From a virus: a stretch of 64,000 bases of DNA. The stretch lies in the IMG/VR virus record IMGVR_UViG_3300025133_000077, positions 1 through 64,000 of that record; one strand, written 5' to 3'. The notes under the pieces are model-generated. The model was not told the DNA's origin. It saw nothing but the letters and a program-made list of their open reading frames with translations, and made no database searches. Made by a program: the position numbers and the translations under genes. Below, piece by piece: positions 45,970 to 55,902 of the stretch (position 1 is the stretch's first letter; each line of letters starts with the position of its first letter).

Positions 45970-48254
45970 TAGATCCCATCCACCTGCACGACCAGCTCCG
46001 AGAGGGAGTCGAACACGAACTCCTGCTCCAGGGCAGGTACCTCCGGCCGCACGGCGACATCGTACCCATCGCCCACGGCGTAGACGACACGCCTCCAGTA
46101 GCTGGTCGAAGCTCGGTCTCCGTCAAACGATCCGAAGCCCACCCCAGCGCCGAACAGGGTGGGAGCCAAGTCCACCTCGTCCCAGGGAATCGAGATCTTC
46201 TGGACGCCGTCCACGAAGAGACGCAGCGCCTGGCGCGGCTTCTTCTCCAGCCGGTAGGTGTGCGTGGAGAGGAAGGAGACCTCTGTGGAGATCGCCTTGC
46301 CTGCGTCCGTCTGGTTGATGACCTCGAGGAGAGAGGCAGCGGGGTCAGCGCCCGGCAGGTAGGCGAACTGTCCGCCCGCCGTGGCCACGAACCGCAGCTG
46401 AGCCGCCTCCGCACCGTCGTCGAGGGCTACGCCGGCAGAGACGGGCGTGTTCAACGCTCCGACCCCTCCCAGGTCATTGGTGAAGGAGGAGACCCTGAAG
46501 CGGGCCTCGACCGACATGCCCAGCAGGGCGCTGAAGGAGGGCACGGTGCGCCAGAAGTACCTGACCTCGGTGCCTGCCCCGTACCCATCGTCCTGGATCT
46601 TCAGCTCGGCGCCCACAATCGCGTCGGCCCCGGGGCCCGGCGACACACGAGTCCACGCAAGGGAGGCCGCGTCCGGCACAGCCCCCTCGACCGCGTCGAA
46701 GCCGCGGGCGTTGGTGCTGTAGAGGAGGCGGCGGAGCTCCGTCTTGCCGAAGACGTCGCGACCTGCGTAGGAGTAGACGTGGCCAATGCGGATCTGCCCA
46801 GAGGTCACGTCGGCGGGGAGTGCAGAGAGGGTCCCCGTGGCGTAGGGGGTGTCATCGTCGCCGATGAACAGGTCCACCCGGTCCAGGTCGGGGTTCGCCC
46901 AGAGCCGGACCGTGACCGGGACCTCCCAGTCGACTTCCGCCCCTGTCGCGTACGAGGTCCCGAGGTGCGCTCCTCCCGCCTGCAGCACCCCGACCCGCTT
47001 GATGGCGTAGTCGTCGAGGAGCGCCACCAGGAGAGCGTCTGCTCCATCGAAGATCTCCACGCCGATGCCCGTGGCCTCCACCGCCAGATGGGCGACGTCA
47101 GAGGCCAGCAGCTCCATCTCCAGCCAGAACCCCTCCGCCAGGTCCAGGCTGGGCTCCTCCCGCACCAGGTAGCCCGGGAGTCCTCCGTTCGCGGTGCCCG
47201 AGAGCTTGTCCAGTCGGAGGCCTCCCGCGACCTGGACCATCGCCACATCTCCGCTCTGCAGGGACGTCCGCCACGGGAGGTCCGCCTTGTCCGGAAGGGC
47301 AGAGAAGTCGGCCTCGACGATGTCCGACGGCCGCAGGTACAGGTGCACCCCGGGGCGAGGCAGCCCTCCCTCGATGAGCAGCTTGCCGAAGCCGAAGGAG
47401 CGGATGAAGTCACACTGGATCTCATCTCCCGGGGTGGCGCTGTCCAGGTTCACCAGGGCGTAGATCTGCTGCGGAGCGTCTGCTGCGGACCCCAAGGGAA
47501 CTTGGTCCAGGGCCACTCCACTGATGAAGGACGGCTCGGTGCTCAACGTGGCGGAGTACGCCTTCGTTGCCACGGCATCGGGATCGTCGACATCCCGCAG
47601 GTACACGTCGACCTTGTCGAGGAGCAGGTCCCACACCGTCTTGATCGCGACGCCCAGGGACCAGTCGTACACCACGCTGGAGCTCCCTGGGCGAGTGCCT
47701 GACCCGTCATCAGCCGGGGAGACCAGCAGCGACTTCGTGACGCCGTCGTCCATGAGGAAGACGAAGATCCCCTTCTTGGTGGGCCCGTGGACGAAGCCGG
47801 CACAGGCGCCCTGGTAGTCCGCGTCGGCGATGTAGGCCTCGGCGCCCGCGGTCAGGGTGACGGGCCGCAGCGAGACCTCTGCCATGTGCAGCGCCCCCTG
47901 TACCGGAGAGGAGACCACCTGCGCCCCACGGTGGGCTGGCGCCCCCGCCCTCGTCATCACCAACTTCCCGCCGACGAGGGCGCGGGCCACCTCGACTCCG
48001 GCGGGGACCGCAGTGGGGCCTGCGTCCGAGAAGGCGGCAACTGAAGAGTTGCCTCTCTCCATGACCAGAGGATCGTCCTCCGGCAACAGCAGGTTGGCGG
48101 TGAAGTTGGCCTGCGAGTACGACGCCTGTACGCACAGAGTGGTCAGGTCGATCCGCGTAGCCACGTCGCGTAGCCCGAGGTGGTAGTCGTCCTCCAGCAG
48201 CATCCCAGTTGCTTCAGGGGGCGGCTGGCGGTTGCCGATCCAGGGGGAGGCCAT
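45969..48254 (-). CDS. Virion structural protein, beta-sandwich/lectin-like (761 aa)
   Basis: HTYRLEK...RLFVDG LamG-like ends; position in the operon. Confidence 0.55.
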   Translation of the reverse strand: MASPWIGNRQPPPEATGMLLEDDYHLGLRDVATRIDLTTLCVQASYSQANFTANLLLPEDDPLVMERGNSSVAAFSDAGPTAVPAGVEVARALVGGKLVMTRAGAPAHRGAQVVSSPVQGALHMAEVSLRPVTLTAGAEAYIADADYQGACAGFVHGPTKKGIFVFLMDDGVTKSLLVSPADDGSGTRPGSSSVVYDWSLGVAIKTVWDLLLDKVDVYLRDVDDPDAVATKAYSATLSTEPSFISGVALDQVPLGSAADAPQQIYALVNLDSATPGDEIQCDFIRSFGFGKLLIEGGLPRPGVHLYLRPSDIVEADFSALPDKADLPWRTSLQSGDVAMVQVAGGLRLDKLSGTANGGLPGYLVREEPSLDLAEGFWLEMELLASDVAHLAVEATGIGVEIFDGADALLVALLDDYAIKRVGVLQAGGAHLGTSYATGAEVDWEVPVTVRLWANPDLDRVDLFIGDDDTPYATGTLSALPADVTSGQIRIGHVYSYAGRDVFGKTELRRLLYSTNARGFDAVEGAVPDAASLAWTRVSPGPGADAIVGAELKIQDDGYGAGTEVRYFWRTVPSFSALLGMSVEARFRVSSFTNDLGGVGALNTPVSAGVALDDGAEAAQLRFVATAGGQFAYLPGADPAASLLEVINQTDAGKAISTEVSFLSTHTYRLEKKPRQALRLFVDGVQKISIPWDEVDLAPTLFGAGVGFGSFDGDRASTSYWRRVVYAVGDGYDVAVRPEVPALEQEFVFDSLSELVVQVDGI

Positions 48255-48268
48255 GCTACGCTCCCGCC

Positions 48269-48574
48269 GTGATCTTCACGACGATGCCGGAAGAGCAGCT
48301 GCTGGCCCTCACCGACGGCGAGGAGTGCATCCTGCAGGACGTAGACGACGCGGCGCGGGAGCGAGTCCGCTCCAAGCGCTGCCCGGAGTGCTCCCAGGGC
48401 GTGATGCCCGTCGTGGACCCAGACAAGCCGTTCGACAACCAGACCGCGGGCTTCCGGTACGTCGCCCGGTGCACCGCGTGCGGCTGCGTCTTCGATCCGG
48501 AGAGCGGGGTCATCCGCAAGATCGGCTGCTCCAGTCCCATCCTGCCTCCTACGACAGCACGAGTGGGAGGGTGA
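48269..48574 (+). CDS. Small Zn-ribbon protein, antisense to the baseplate operon
   Basis: CPEC...CTACGCVFDPESG; coding-like GC3; fills the only gap in the minus-strand operon. Confidence 0.7.
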   Translation: MIFTTMPEEQLLALTDGEECILQDVDDAARERVRSKRCPECSQGVMPVVDPDKPFDNQTAGFRYVARCTACGCVFDPESGVIRKIGCSSPILPPTTARVGG

Positions 48575-51500
48575 CCCTCAGCGCGCGGATCATGTCGCCG
48601 GGCTCCAGGTCAGCCTCATCGACCCCGCTGGTGTCCTTCCCGGGGATGAAGTAGCTGAGGCGGTTGCTGCCGTTGAAGAACTGCGGCATCGCGCCGCCGA
48701 TGCGGTCCCTGGACCTGTTGCCCACAAGACGGCGATCGAGGTCGTGGGTGACCGACACCACGTAGATGTCGTGCTCCCAGTCCGACGCCTTGGCCTCCCG
48801 CAGCGCCGTCTCCACCGCCGCGGCCACCGACAACGAATCGGTGGCCTCCAGCGCCTTGATCTTCGAGCTGATCCTCTCCGCCACCGAGCTCGGGGCCTCC
48901 CCACCGAAGTAGCGCAGCTCGATGCTGATGTAGGCGGGCAGGAAGTGCCTCGCGATGGGGTTCGCGCAAGTGGTCCGCGAGCCTGGCTCGATCAGCATCC
49001 GGTGCACGTCAGCGACGTCCGGAGAGTTCTCGTAGGCGATCTGGAGTCGCTGGCCGTTCAGCGGGATCTTGTTGATGGCCACGTCGTCCCTGCCCGCAGG
49101 CAAGAAGGAGGGGCTGAGGCGCAGCGCCACCTTCTCCTCCGGAGAGAAGGTGAAGTTCGTGTCCTCGACCTCGTAGTAGTAGCCGTCCGAGAGGTAGGTG
49201 CCGAAGACGGCCTCGAACCGCTGCTCAGCAGGCACGTTGTGCACCTCGTCGGTGCCGAGCGCCCGGGCGAGCACGTCGAAGTAGTAGAGCGAGCCCTCGC
49301 GGTTGGCCTCCATCTGGGTGCTGGAGATCCGCTGGATCCCCGGGCGGGCGATGCGGAAGGGCTGCTTGGTGCCCCGGAAGACCGCTGACGCAGGCTGATC
49401 GGCTGCCCAGGCGTAGAAGTTCGCCGTCTCGGGGTCGAGGGAGTCCGAGACACCCACCACGCTGAACGTGGCAGGGGCGCCCTCGTAGACGCGGATCCTC
49501 CGACCGACCACGAGCTCCGTTCCCTGCTCCAGGTCCGCGGGGGCCAGTGCCGGAGCCTCGGTGATTGCCCAGATGACCGCCGTCTCCGCTCCCGCCAAGG
49601 AGCCGTCGATGGTCACCCAGGCCCCTGCCGCTCCGTCCGTGGCCAAGATCTCGTACGAGCCCACGTTGTCCGGCAGGTGCGAGCTGAAGATGGACAGGAA
49701 CTTGCCGACGTCCGTACTGAGGAAGGTGTTCGGGGGAGCGTTGAACTTGGTCGGGTCCGCCGCGACGTCGTAGCTCCCGGCGGACCCGCTCTTGTTCGCC
49801 GGCAGGGAGGTATCCACCAGGGGGCGGTCCAGCTGCGCCTGCGTCGCGCTCACCACCTTGGTCACCGTGTAGCCGCCCGCGTCCGCGCCCTCTTCGATGA
49901 AGAGGAGATTGCCGACCCTCAGCGGGTTCCGGCCGTCGGCTGCCGCAGGCCCAAGACCCAGCAGGTTCACGTCCGGGGTCAGGACGGTGACGATGTTGCT
50001 GCCGTTGCGGGTGGCCACCACGATTTCGCGCACCGTGTCGGAGACCCCCGAGACGTCGGAGCGCAGGAGGATGACCTCTTCGTGGATCTCGATCTCGTCG
50101 GCGTAGGCCCGGATGCCCAGGGCCAACGGGGCCTCTCGAGTGGCTCCGGTGATCTGCAACGGCGTGAACACGTTGCCGCTCACGCTCAGCGGCCCCGAGA
50201 CCTGGAGGTCTCGTGGGTAGTCCATCGGGGGCGTCGGGTCCACGGTCTCCTGAGGCGGGAGCACCTGGTAGTCCGGGGCCCGCTCATCGCCGCCGAAGAG
50301 CACCTCCGCCGACCCGATCGTCGTGCTGAGCAGCGTGGGAACCCGGCTGTCCAACACGACCGGGTCCGCTCCGGTGCCGAAGCTGCCGATGCCGGAGGTG
50401 AACAGGCAGCTCCACAGACCGGCCATCTTCCCGAAGGTGTAGCCCGCGCGGTACTCGGCGGCCTCCGTCGGATCCACCGGGGGCGAGAAGCTGGCGCCCG
50501 TGCCGTGCGACGTGTGGATCAGCTCCAGCTCCATGAAGGCGGTCAGCGCGATGCCGTCGGCCAGGCCCGCCGCGAACCCGGCTGCCGTGTCGGCGGTGGC
50601 CGGGGAGAGGGCGCCTCCCAGGTCCAAGCCCCAGCCGATGCCGTAGCCCTCCGAGTACCCGGTGTTGTAGGCCGCGAGCTGGTAGCCCTCGGGACGGTAG
50701 CTCTTCCCTGCCACAGCCAGGACGTCGTCCTCGTAGGTGGCGGGCAGCCCGGCCGCCAAGTCGGCGAAGGAGTAGCCGAGCTCGTCCGACCCGCCCATGG
50801 GGTCGGTCAGGCCGTCGGCGTAGCCGGCGAGGACGCCGGCGATCCAGTCCGCCTCGAGGGCGTTCCCGTCCCAGAAGTCGTCGCACCCCGTGGAGTCGTA
50901 CGGGAACTGGGCGGGGTCTGCGCTGGTGGGATCGTAGAACACGACGCACCTGCCGCCGGCGTCGACCTCCATCGTCGTCGGCTCGTGGAAGTACAGGCGG
51001 ACCGTCCCTGGGCACGTTCTGGCGCCGACGCAGTACGGCACCTTCATGCCGTTCAAGACGCCAGCCAGGATCTCACTGAAGGTGACGTCGAAGGTCTCGG
51101 GCAGGTCGAAGCCCAGGGCGTTCAGGGAATCGAACACCCACGCGATGAGGTCGACCAGAAGGTCGAACGGGTCCGTGTTGTCGCCGTAGCTGTCGCAGAG
51201 CTCGGCCTCGAAGGTGGGGACCGCCGGCAGCGGGGGCACCGTCGGGAACCCAGAAGCGAACATCTCGCAGTACGGCTGCCAGGGGTCCACGGGGAACTGG
51301 CCCCGGATGCCGACGGCGCACATCTTCAGCACAGGGGTGAACTCGTCCAGACCCGTCTGGAAGGTGGCCAGCAGCTGCTGGGCTGCCTCCGTGTTGCCTC
51401 CGGGCTGGAGCTCCGCCAGCAGATCGCTGAGCAGGCTGTTGGCTGCCGCGTTGTTGGACGTCGCCTGCAGCGCCGACGCGACCGCCAGCCCTTCGATGAG

Positions 51501-54500
51501 GTGGAAGAGGTCACCGCCCTCCGTCACCTTCTGGGTCATCATCAGCCCGAGCCCGGAAGCCAGAGGCGTGACATCGAGGGACAGCTCGTACGTGGTCTCC
51601 ACCACGTAGCCGCCCGCGTTCGGACCAGAGTTGAGCTGCAGGGTGTCTCCCTGCACGGACTGGCACAGGCCGGGCTCACCGGAGGGGAGGAGGTTGATGA
51701 TCTCCCGCAACAGCTGCAGAGCCTCGTCAGAGCCGATGTCTCCTCCGTCCACCGCCTGCACCCAGTCCGACATCTTGCGGAGCATCAAGTCCAGGTCGAC
51801 GTCGGGGAAGGCGATGAAGAGGTTGCTGCAGCAGCCCACCAGCTCTGCGGGGATGCACACCTCGAACATGATCGAGGTGTTGACGGCGTCGTCCTCCAGG
51901 CCGATCGAAGAAGTGCGGTTCCAGTTGATCCGCATGCCTCCGTCCACGGCCTCCACCAGAGGAGGTGTGTTGGGCACGAAGGAGGGGAAGAAGGCGGAGA
52001 TGGTCTTCGTCAACCAGTCGGTGATGTCGTTGACGTAGGTGCGCCCTGCCGCCGGCAGGTCGTAGTTGATGAAGATGCCTGCCGGATCCAGCGTCACGCA
52101 GAAGATGTACCCGTCGCACTCCAGGCAGTCGTCCGAGTACTTGCTGGGGGCCGACAGCAGCCGCATCAGCAGGTGGGCGGCCTGCTCTTCGGCGTCGGTG
52201 CTCGGGTCCTCGGAGGGAGCCACCGGGAAGACGTCGGCGTAGGTCAGGCCCGCCCGAAGGAACAGGGACCAGAAGTAGCCGAGCGTGTAGCCGTAGCCCC
52301 ACGCGTCGTCGAAATCCGCGGCGTCGCAGGTACCGCGGTTGGGGGTGACGAGGGCCGGGGCGGCGGGCTCGTCCGGGAACTCCTCGTAGGGGCCGCCGGC
52401 GACGAGGGCGGTCACGATGTCGTTCCGGCCTTGCCCGAAGCCGGTGAGGATGCCCTGCGTCTCACAGGGCATGCCCGCGAGGTAGTTCAACCTCACCTGG
52501 ACGGCCAGGTTGTACCCGATGACGAAGCCGCGATCGTAGGACGCTACGTGCCGCGCGCCCACGCTGTAGTCCGGGTGATCCGACGGAGCGTTGGAGTCGA
52601 GGTAGGTGTCCGCCTCCAGCGCGGAGGTAGCCATCGAAGCAGCCCACCCATCCCCAATGCCGGCAGCGATGTCGTTGTAGACCCCTCCTGGGATGGCTAC
52701 CCCGAGGTCGTCCGTGACCACGATGCTGGAGAGCTCGAGCTCGAAGAGCGACGACGAGACGTCCGGGTACGGGTCCAGGTCCAGCAGAGCTCCCGGGAGC
52801 TCGCCCAGAGGCACCAACCCTCCCTGGACCAGCTCCAGCGCGTCCTCCAGGGACGAGGGGCATGCCTCGCCCGCGTTCTCGAAGGCGAGGCCCAGCCCGG
52901 GCATCGTGAAGCCGAGGTCTCCGCACCCGCGGGTGAACGCCCCCGTGAACGTCTGCAGGGATCGCGCTTCAACGGGGAGAGCGTACGGGACCGAGATGTC
53001 GGTGGGCTGGTCCGAGCTGTCCAGCAGGCGGATGCCTCCGGCCGGGATACGGATCAGCGGCAGCTGCACCCCAGGCTCTGCCCGGAAGATCTGGTACGAC
53101 AGGCCGCTGGCGCTGTTGGACATGGGGCGGTCGATGATCGGCGTGGTGCCGCCGCCCGAGGGGTCGAACGCGCTGATCAGGTAGTCGCCGGCGTCGTCGC
53201 CCTCGAGGATGCGCAGGGTGTCTCCTCCACGCACGCCGAAGCTCAGGCTGTTGGTGCTGTTCAGCACCACGATCGAGGACCCGATGATCGTCTCCAGGTC
53301 GTTGCCGGGCGCGTCCGTGCCGAAGGGGATCTTCAGGGCGCGCGGCTGCACCAGGTCCAGCTTCAGGCCGTCCACGATCCTGAAGCGGATGCCTACGTCC
53401 GTGGCGGTCAGGTCCGCGTCGATGACCAGCTGCGTCTGCCGCACGACCAGCACTCGGTACACGCCTACATCGGCCCCCTCCTCCACGGAGAGGTACATGC
53501 CGGGGAGGACCCCGCGGTCCTCCCAGTCGATCGTGATGTCCGACGACGACACCACATTCGGTGTGGGAGTCGCCCCGAATGTCTGAAGGCTCAGGCCCAC
53601 CACGAGGGGGTCCTCGTCCTCGACGCTGACGGTCATCGTCGCCTGCGACTGCGACTGGGGACGCAACCACACGTCGTGGTGGCCCCCGATGTGGACTTCT
53701 CCGTCGTTGATCTCCACCACCCCAGCGTCGGTGATGGGGGCCTGGATCCCTCCGGGAATGTCAGAAATGCGGATCTTGCCCGGCCGGGTGATGGCCACGG
53801 ACACTCCCGGCAAGAACCCTGGGATCGCCCCGGACACCGTGCTGGTGGGCGTGGGATCGTGGTTCAGGCGGAGCAGCAGGATGTTCGGCAGCTCGGGGAA
53901 GGCGCCGCGGCTGTCGTAGACCACCGAGTCCACCACGAAGGACTCGTGGCTCTGGCTCGGGGGCAGGCCGTAGAGGATCTTCCCGTAGTGGAGCGAGACG
54001 TTGAACCCCGGCTGGACGAACACCTCGTCGGCGATGCCGCGGTCCTCGTAGCCTGACCACACCAGGAGGCTCGTGCCGAAGACCATGCCCATGCCGGACA
54101 GGTGCAGCTTCCCTTCGCCGGCGCCCGTGAGCAGGTCACGCTGCATCTCCGGGTCGTTGTACTTGACCACCGCGGTCTGGGCGATCGTGCCCAGCTCTCG
54201 GATGCGGGCTCGGATGCCCCGCGGGCTGGTCATCGACCGCTCGACCAGCGCTGTTCGGCCGCGCCGGAGGAAGGCGTCGTTGTCCTCGCGATCCCTGCCC
54301 GGGGAGGCGGAGGCGAGGTTGGTGACGCGGTTGTGGTTCGGGAGGCCGTCGACCCCGCTGATGGCCCCCGCCGCGACGGAGTACTCCTCTCCCGGGAACT
54401 CGGCGCGCACGAGGAACTCGGCGTAGTACTCCTCGCCCACCTTCTGTGCCGCCATCTCGACGCTGGTGACCGTCTGGGTGGAGACCGGGAAGAAGTTCAG

Positions 54501-54971
54501 CCCCGTGCCCGTGTAGAAGCGATGGGCCGGGTTCACCGACGCCGGGGTCGGAACGGTGTAGAACACCCGAACGTAGGCCGTGGGGCGCAGGCCCGTCTCT
54601 CGCTCGACGAACCAGTTGCCCATCAGGTCGTCGGCCTCGACGTCCGTCAGCAGATCCGGGCGAGCCAAGGACTGCCTCTGCTTGATCCGCAGCACCTGGT
54701 CGCTCAGCGCGCCCACGACCAGGGCCAGGGGCTTGCCCACGGCATCCATCAGCGGCTCGTCGTCGTCCAGCGCCATGGAGGGGTACTCCTTGGCGACGCG
54801 GTCCTTGACGAAGGCCATCGGAGACGTCTGGAGGGGGTCCGGGCCCAGGGCATCCAGGATCGGCGCCACCACCTCGGAGTAGAAGGCCGACCCCTCCGAC
54901 ACGTCCAGTGTCGGGTCGAAAGACGTGGCTCGCTGCTGCAGGAGGGCCTTGATGTCTTCTCGGTGCGCCAT
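48549..54971 (-). CDS. Giant baseplate J-like (gp6 wedge) protein, 2140 aa
   Basis: N-terminus: RAEFPGEEYSVAAGAI...VTNLASASPGRDREDNDAFLRR (Baseplate_J); HIGGHHDVW; C-terminal wedge-like ARHFLPAY. Confidence 0.75.
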   Translation of the reverse strand: MAHREDIKALLQQRATSFDPTLDVSEGSAFYSEVVAPILDALGPDPLQTSPMAFVKDRVAKEYPSMALDDDEPLMDAVGKPLALVVGALSDQVLRIKQRQSLARPDLLTDVEADDLMGNWFVERETGLRPTAYVRVFYTVPTPASVNPAHRFYTGTGLNFFPVSTQTVTSVEMAAQKVGEEYYAEFLVRAEFPGEEYSVAAGAISGVDGLPNHNRVTNLASASPGRDREDNDAFLRRGRTALVERSMTSPRGIRARIRELGTIAQTAVVKYNDPEMQRDLLTGAGEGKLHLSGMGMVFGTSLLVWSGYEDRGIADEVFVQPGFNVSLHYGKILYGLPPSQSHESFVVDSVVYDSRGAFPELPNILLLRLNHDPTPTSTVSGAIPGFLPGVSVAITRPGKIRISDIPGGIQAPITDAGVVEINDGEVHIGGHHDVWLRPQSQSQATMTVSVEDEDPLVVGLSLQTFGATPTPNVVSSSDITIDWEDRGVLPGMYLSVEEGADVGVYRVLVVRQTQLVIDADLTATDVGIRFRIVDGLKLDLVQPRALKIPFGTDAPGNDLETIIGSSIVVLNSTNSLSFGVRGGDTLRILEGDDAGDYLISAFDPSGGGTTPIIDRPMSNSASGLSYQIFRAEPGVQLPLIRIPAGGIRLLDSSDQPTDISVPYALPVEARSLQTFTGAFTRGCGDLGFTMPGLGLAFENAGEACPSSLEDALELVQGGLVPLGELPGALLDLDPYPDVSSSLFELELSSIVVTDDLGVAIPGGVYNDIAAGIGDGWAASMATSALEADTYLDSNAPSDHPDYSVGARHVASYDRGFVIGYNLAVQVRLNYLAGMPCETQGILTGFGQGRNDIVTALVAGGPYEEFPDEPAAPALVTPNRGTCDAADFDDAWGYGYTLGYFWSLFLRAGLTYADVFPVAPSEDPSTDAEEQAAHLLMRLLSAPSKYSDDCLECDGYIFCVTLDPAGIFINYDLPAAGRTYVNDITDWLTKTISAFFPSFVPNTPPLVEAVDGGMRINWNRTSSIGLEDDAVNTSIMFEVCIPAELVGCCSNLFIAFPDVDLDLMLRKMSDWVQAVDGGDIGSDEALQLLREIINLLPSGEPGLCQSVQGDTLQLNSGPNAGGYVVETTYELSLDVTPLASGLGLMMTQKVTEGGDLFHLIEGLAVASALQATSNNAAANSLLSDLLAELQPGGNTEAAQQLLATFQTGLDEFTPVLKMCAVGIRGQFPVDPWQPYCEMFASGFPTVPPLPAVPTFEAELCDSYGDNTDPFDLLVDLIAWVFDSLNALGFDLPETFDVTFSEILAGVLNGMKVPYCVGARTCPGTVRLYFHEPTTMEVDAGGRCVVFYDPTSADPAQFPYDSTGCDDFWDGNALEADWIAGVLAGYADGLTDPMGGSDELGYSFADLAAGLPATYEDDVLAVAGKSYRPEGYQLAAYNTGYSEGYGIGWGLDLGGALSPATADTAAGFAAGLADGIALTAFMELELIHTSHGTGASFSPPVDPTEAAEYRAGYTFGKMAGLWSCLFTSGIGSFGTGADPVVLDSRVPTLLSTTIGSAEVLFGGDERAPDYQVLPPQETVDPTPPMDYPRDLQVSGPLSVSGNVFTPLQITGATREAPLALGIRAYADEIEIHEEVILLRSDVSGVSDTVREIVVATRNGSNIVTVLTPDVNLLGLGPAAADGRNPLRVGNLLFIEEGADAGGYTVTKVVSATQAQLDRPLVDTSLPANKSGSAGSYDVAADPTKFNAPPNTFLSTDVGKFLSIFSSHLPDNVGSYEILATDGAAGAWVTIDGSLAGAETAVIWAITEAPALAPADLEQGTELVVGRRIRVYEGAPATFSVVGVSDSLDPETANFYAWAADQPASAVFRGTKQPFRIARPGIQRISSTQMEANREGSLYYFDVLARALGTDEVHNVPAEQRFEAVFGTYLSDGYYYEVEDTNFTFSPEEKVALRLSPSFLPAGRDDVAINKIPLNGQRLQIAYENSPDVADVHRMLIEPGSRTTCANPIARHFLPAYISIELRYFGGEAPSSVAERISSKIKALEATDSLSVAAAVETALREAKASDWEHDIYVVSVTHDLDRRLVGNRSRDRIGGAMPQFFNGSNRLSYFIPGKDTSGVDEADLEPGDMIRALRVTLPLVLS

Positions 54972-55609
54972 CAGACCGTCGCCAGGTTGAGGAGTGCATC
55001 GCCCGCTGCGGACTGGAGGCGCACTCTACTCCGCAGAGTACCCGTATCCCTATCGAAATCCACGGACAAGACCTCCGCCCCGACCAGCCTCTCTGCTGCC
55101 GGGATGTACTGGCGGGAGCGGGCTTGGCGCCGCTGAATCTGTTCCCGGGTCCGGGAGATCGCCAAGTTGTGCCGGGCCACCAAGTCCGACACCCCGGACA
55201 CCGACGCAGCGTACCCCACCAAATCGCGGAGCCCTCCCCCGTCCTCGGGAGAGAAGATGTCGCTTCCGGGGGTCTGCAGCAGCAGCTTCGTGAAGCGTTG
55301 CACGAGCCGGGTGATGCCCTCGACCACTCCCCCTCCCAGCTGGAGCCTCACCAGGGACCTCTCGGTCATGGTGACCTGCGAGCTCAGCACCATGACCTCC
55401 CGCAGCTCGGAGCGAGGGACGGGCAAGGTGGCCAGGATGGTGGTGCGGCTCTCGATCACGAAGGTGGGGGCATCCGCGCCGTTGAACAGCACGTTCTCCA
55501 CGAAGCGGAAGTCCCTGCCGTGGAGGCGGTACGGCCCTTCGCTGGACAGCGCAGTGATGCGGGCCACGGGCAAGGAGTCGGCGAGCTGGATGACCTGCAG
55601 GGACTTCAC
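54971..55609 (-). CDS. gp25-like baseplate wedge subunit with N-terminal Ig/IPT-like domain
   Basis: GITRLVQRFTKLLLQTPGSDIFSPEDGGGL...ERL. Confidence 0.7.
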   Translation of the reverse strand: MKSLQVIQLADSLPVARITALSSEGPYRLHGRDFRFVENVLFNGADAPTFVIESRTTILATLPVPRSELREVMVLSSQVTMTERSLVRLQLGGGVVEGITRLVQRFTKLLLQTPGSDIFSPEDGGGLRDLVGYAASVSGVSDLVARHNLAISRTREQIQRRQARSRQYIPAAERLVGAEVLSVDFDRDTGTLRSRVRLQSAAGDALLNLATV

Positions 55610-55902
55610 GGCTCCTCCTCGATTTCCCGGGCGCGTCGGAACGCCCCATCGTCACCGAACAGCGCGGCTTCCAGGCTCTCGAGCCTCTGGAGCCGCCCCG
55701 TCGCATGGGATCGGATAGTACTGGTCGGGTCCAGGTCCGCACCCTCTCCTTGCTGCGATGCGTCCAGGAAGAAGATCTGCTCCGTGATCAAGTCCTCCAG
55801 GGTGTACCCCGCCAGTGCGGTCGCCGTCGACATCGAACGCACCAGTGCGAAGGCGCCGCCCAGCGCCCGGCGAACCTCGATGCTGGCGGCGCGATCACCC
55901 AC
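55606..55902 (-). CDS. Hypothetical protein
   Basis: Coupled between neighbouring genes. Confidence 0.5.
   Translation of the reverse strand: MGDRAASIEVRRALGGAFALVRSMSTATALAGYTLEDLITEQIFFLDASQQGEGADLDPTSTIRSHATGRLQRLESLEAALFGDDGAFRRAREIEEEP

Noticed and set aside
48256-48540. 94-aa minus-strand ORF filling the operon gap
   Set aside because: The plus-strand ORF has paired CxxC motifs, better codon bias and a promoter, so this one is its shadow.
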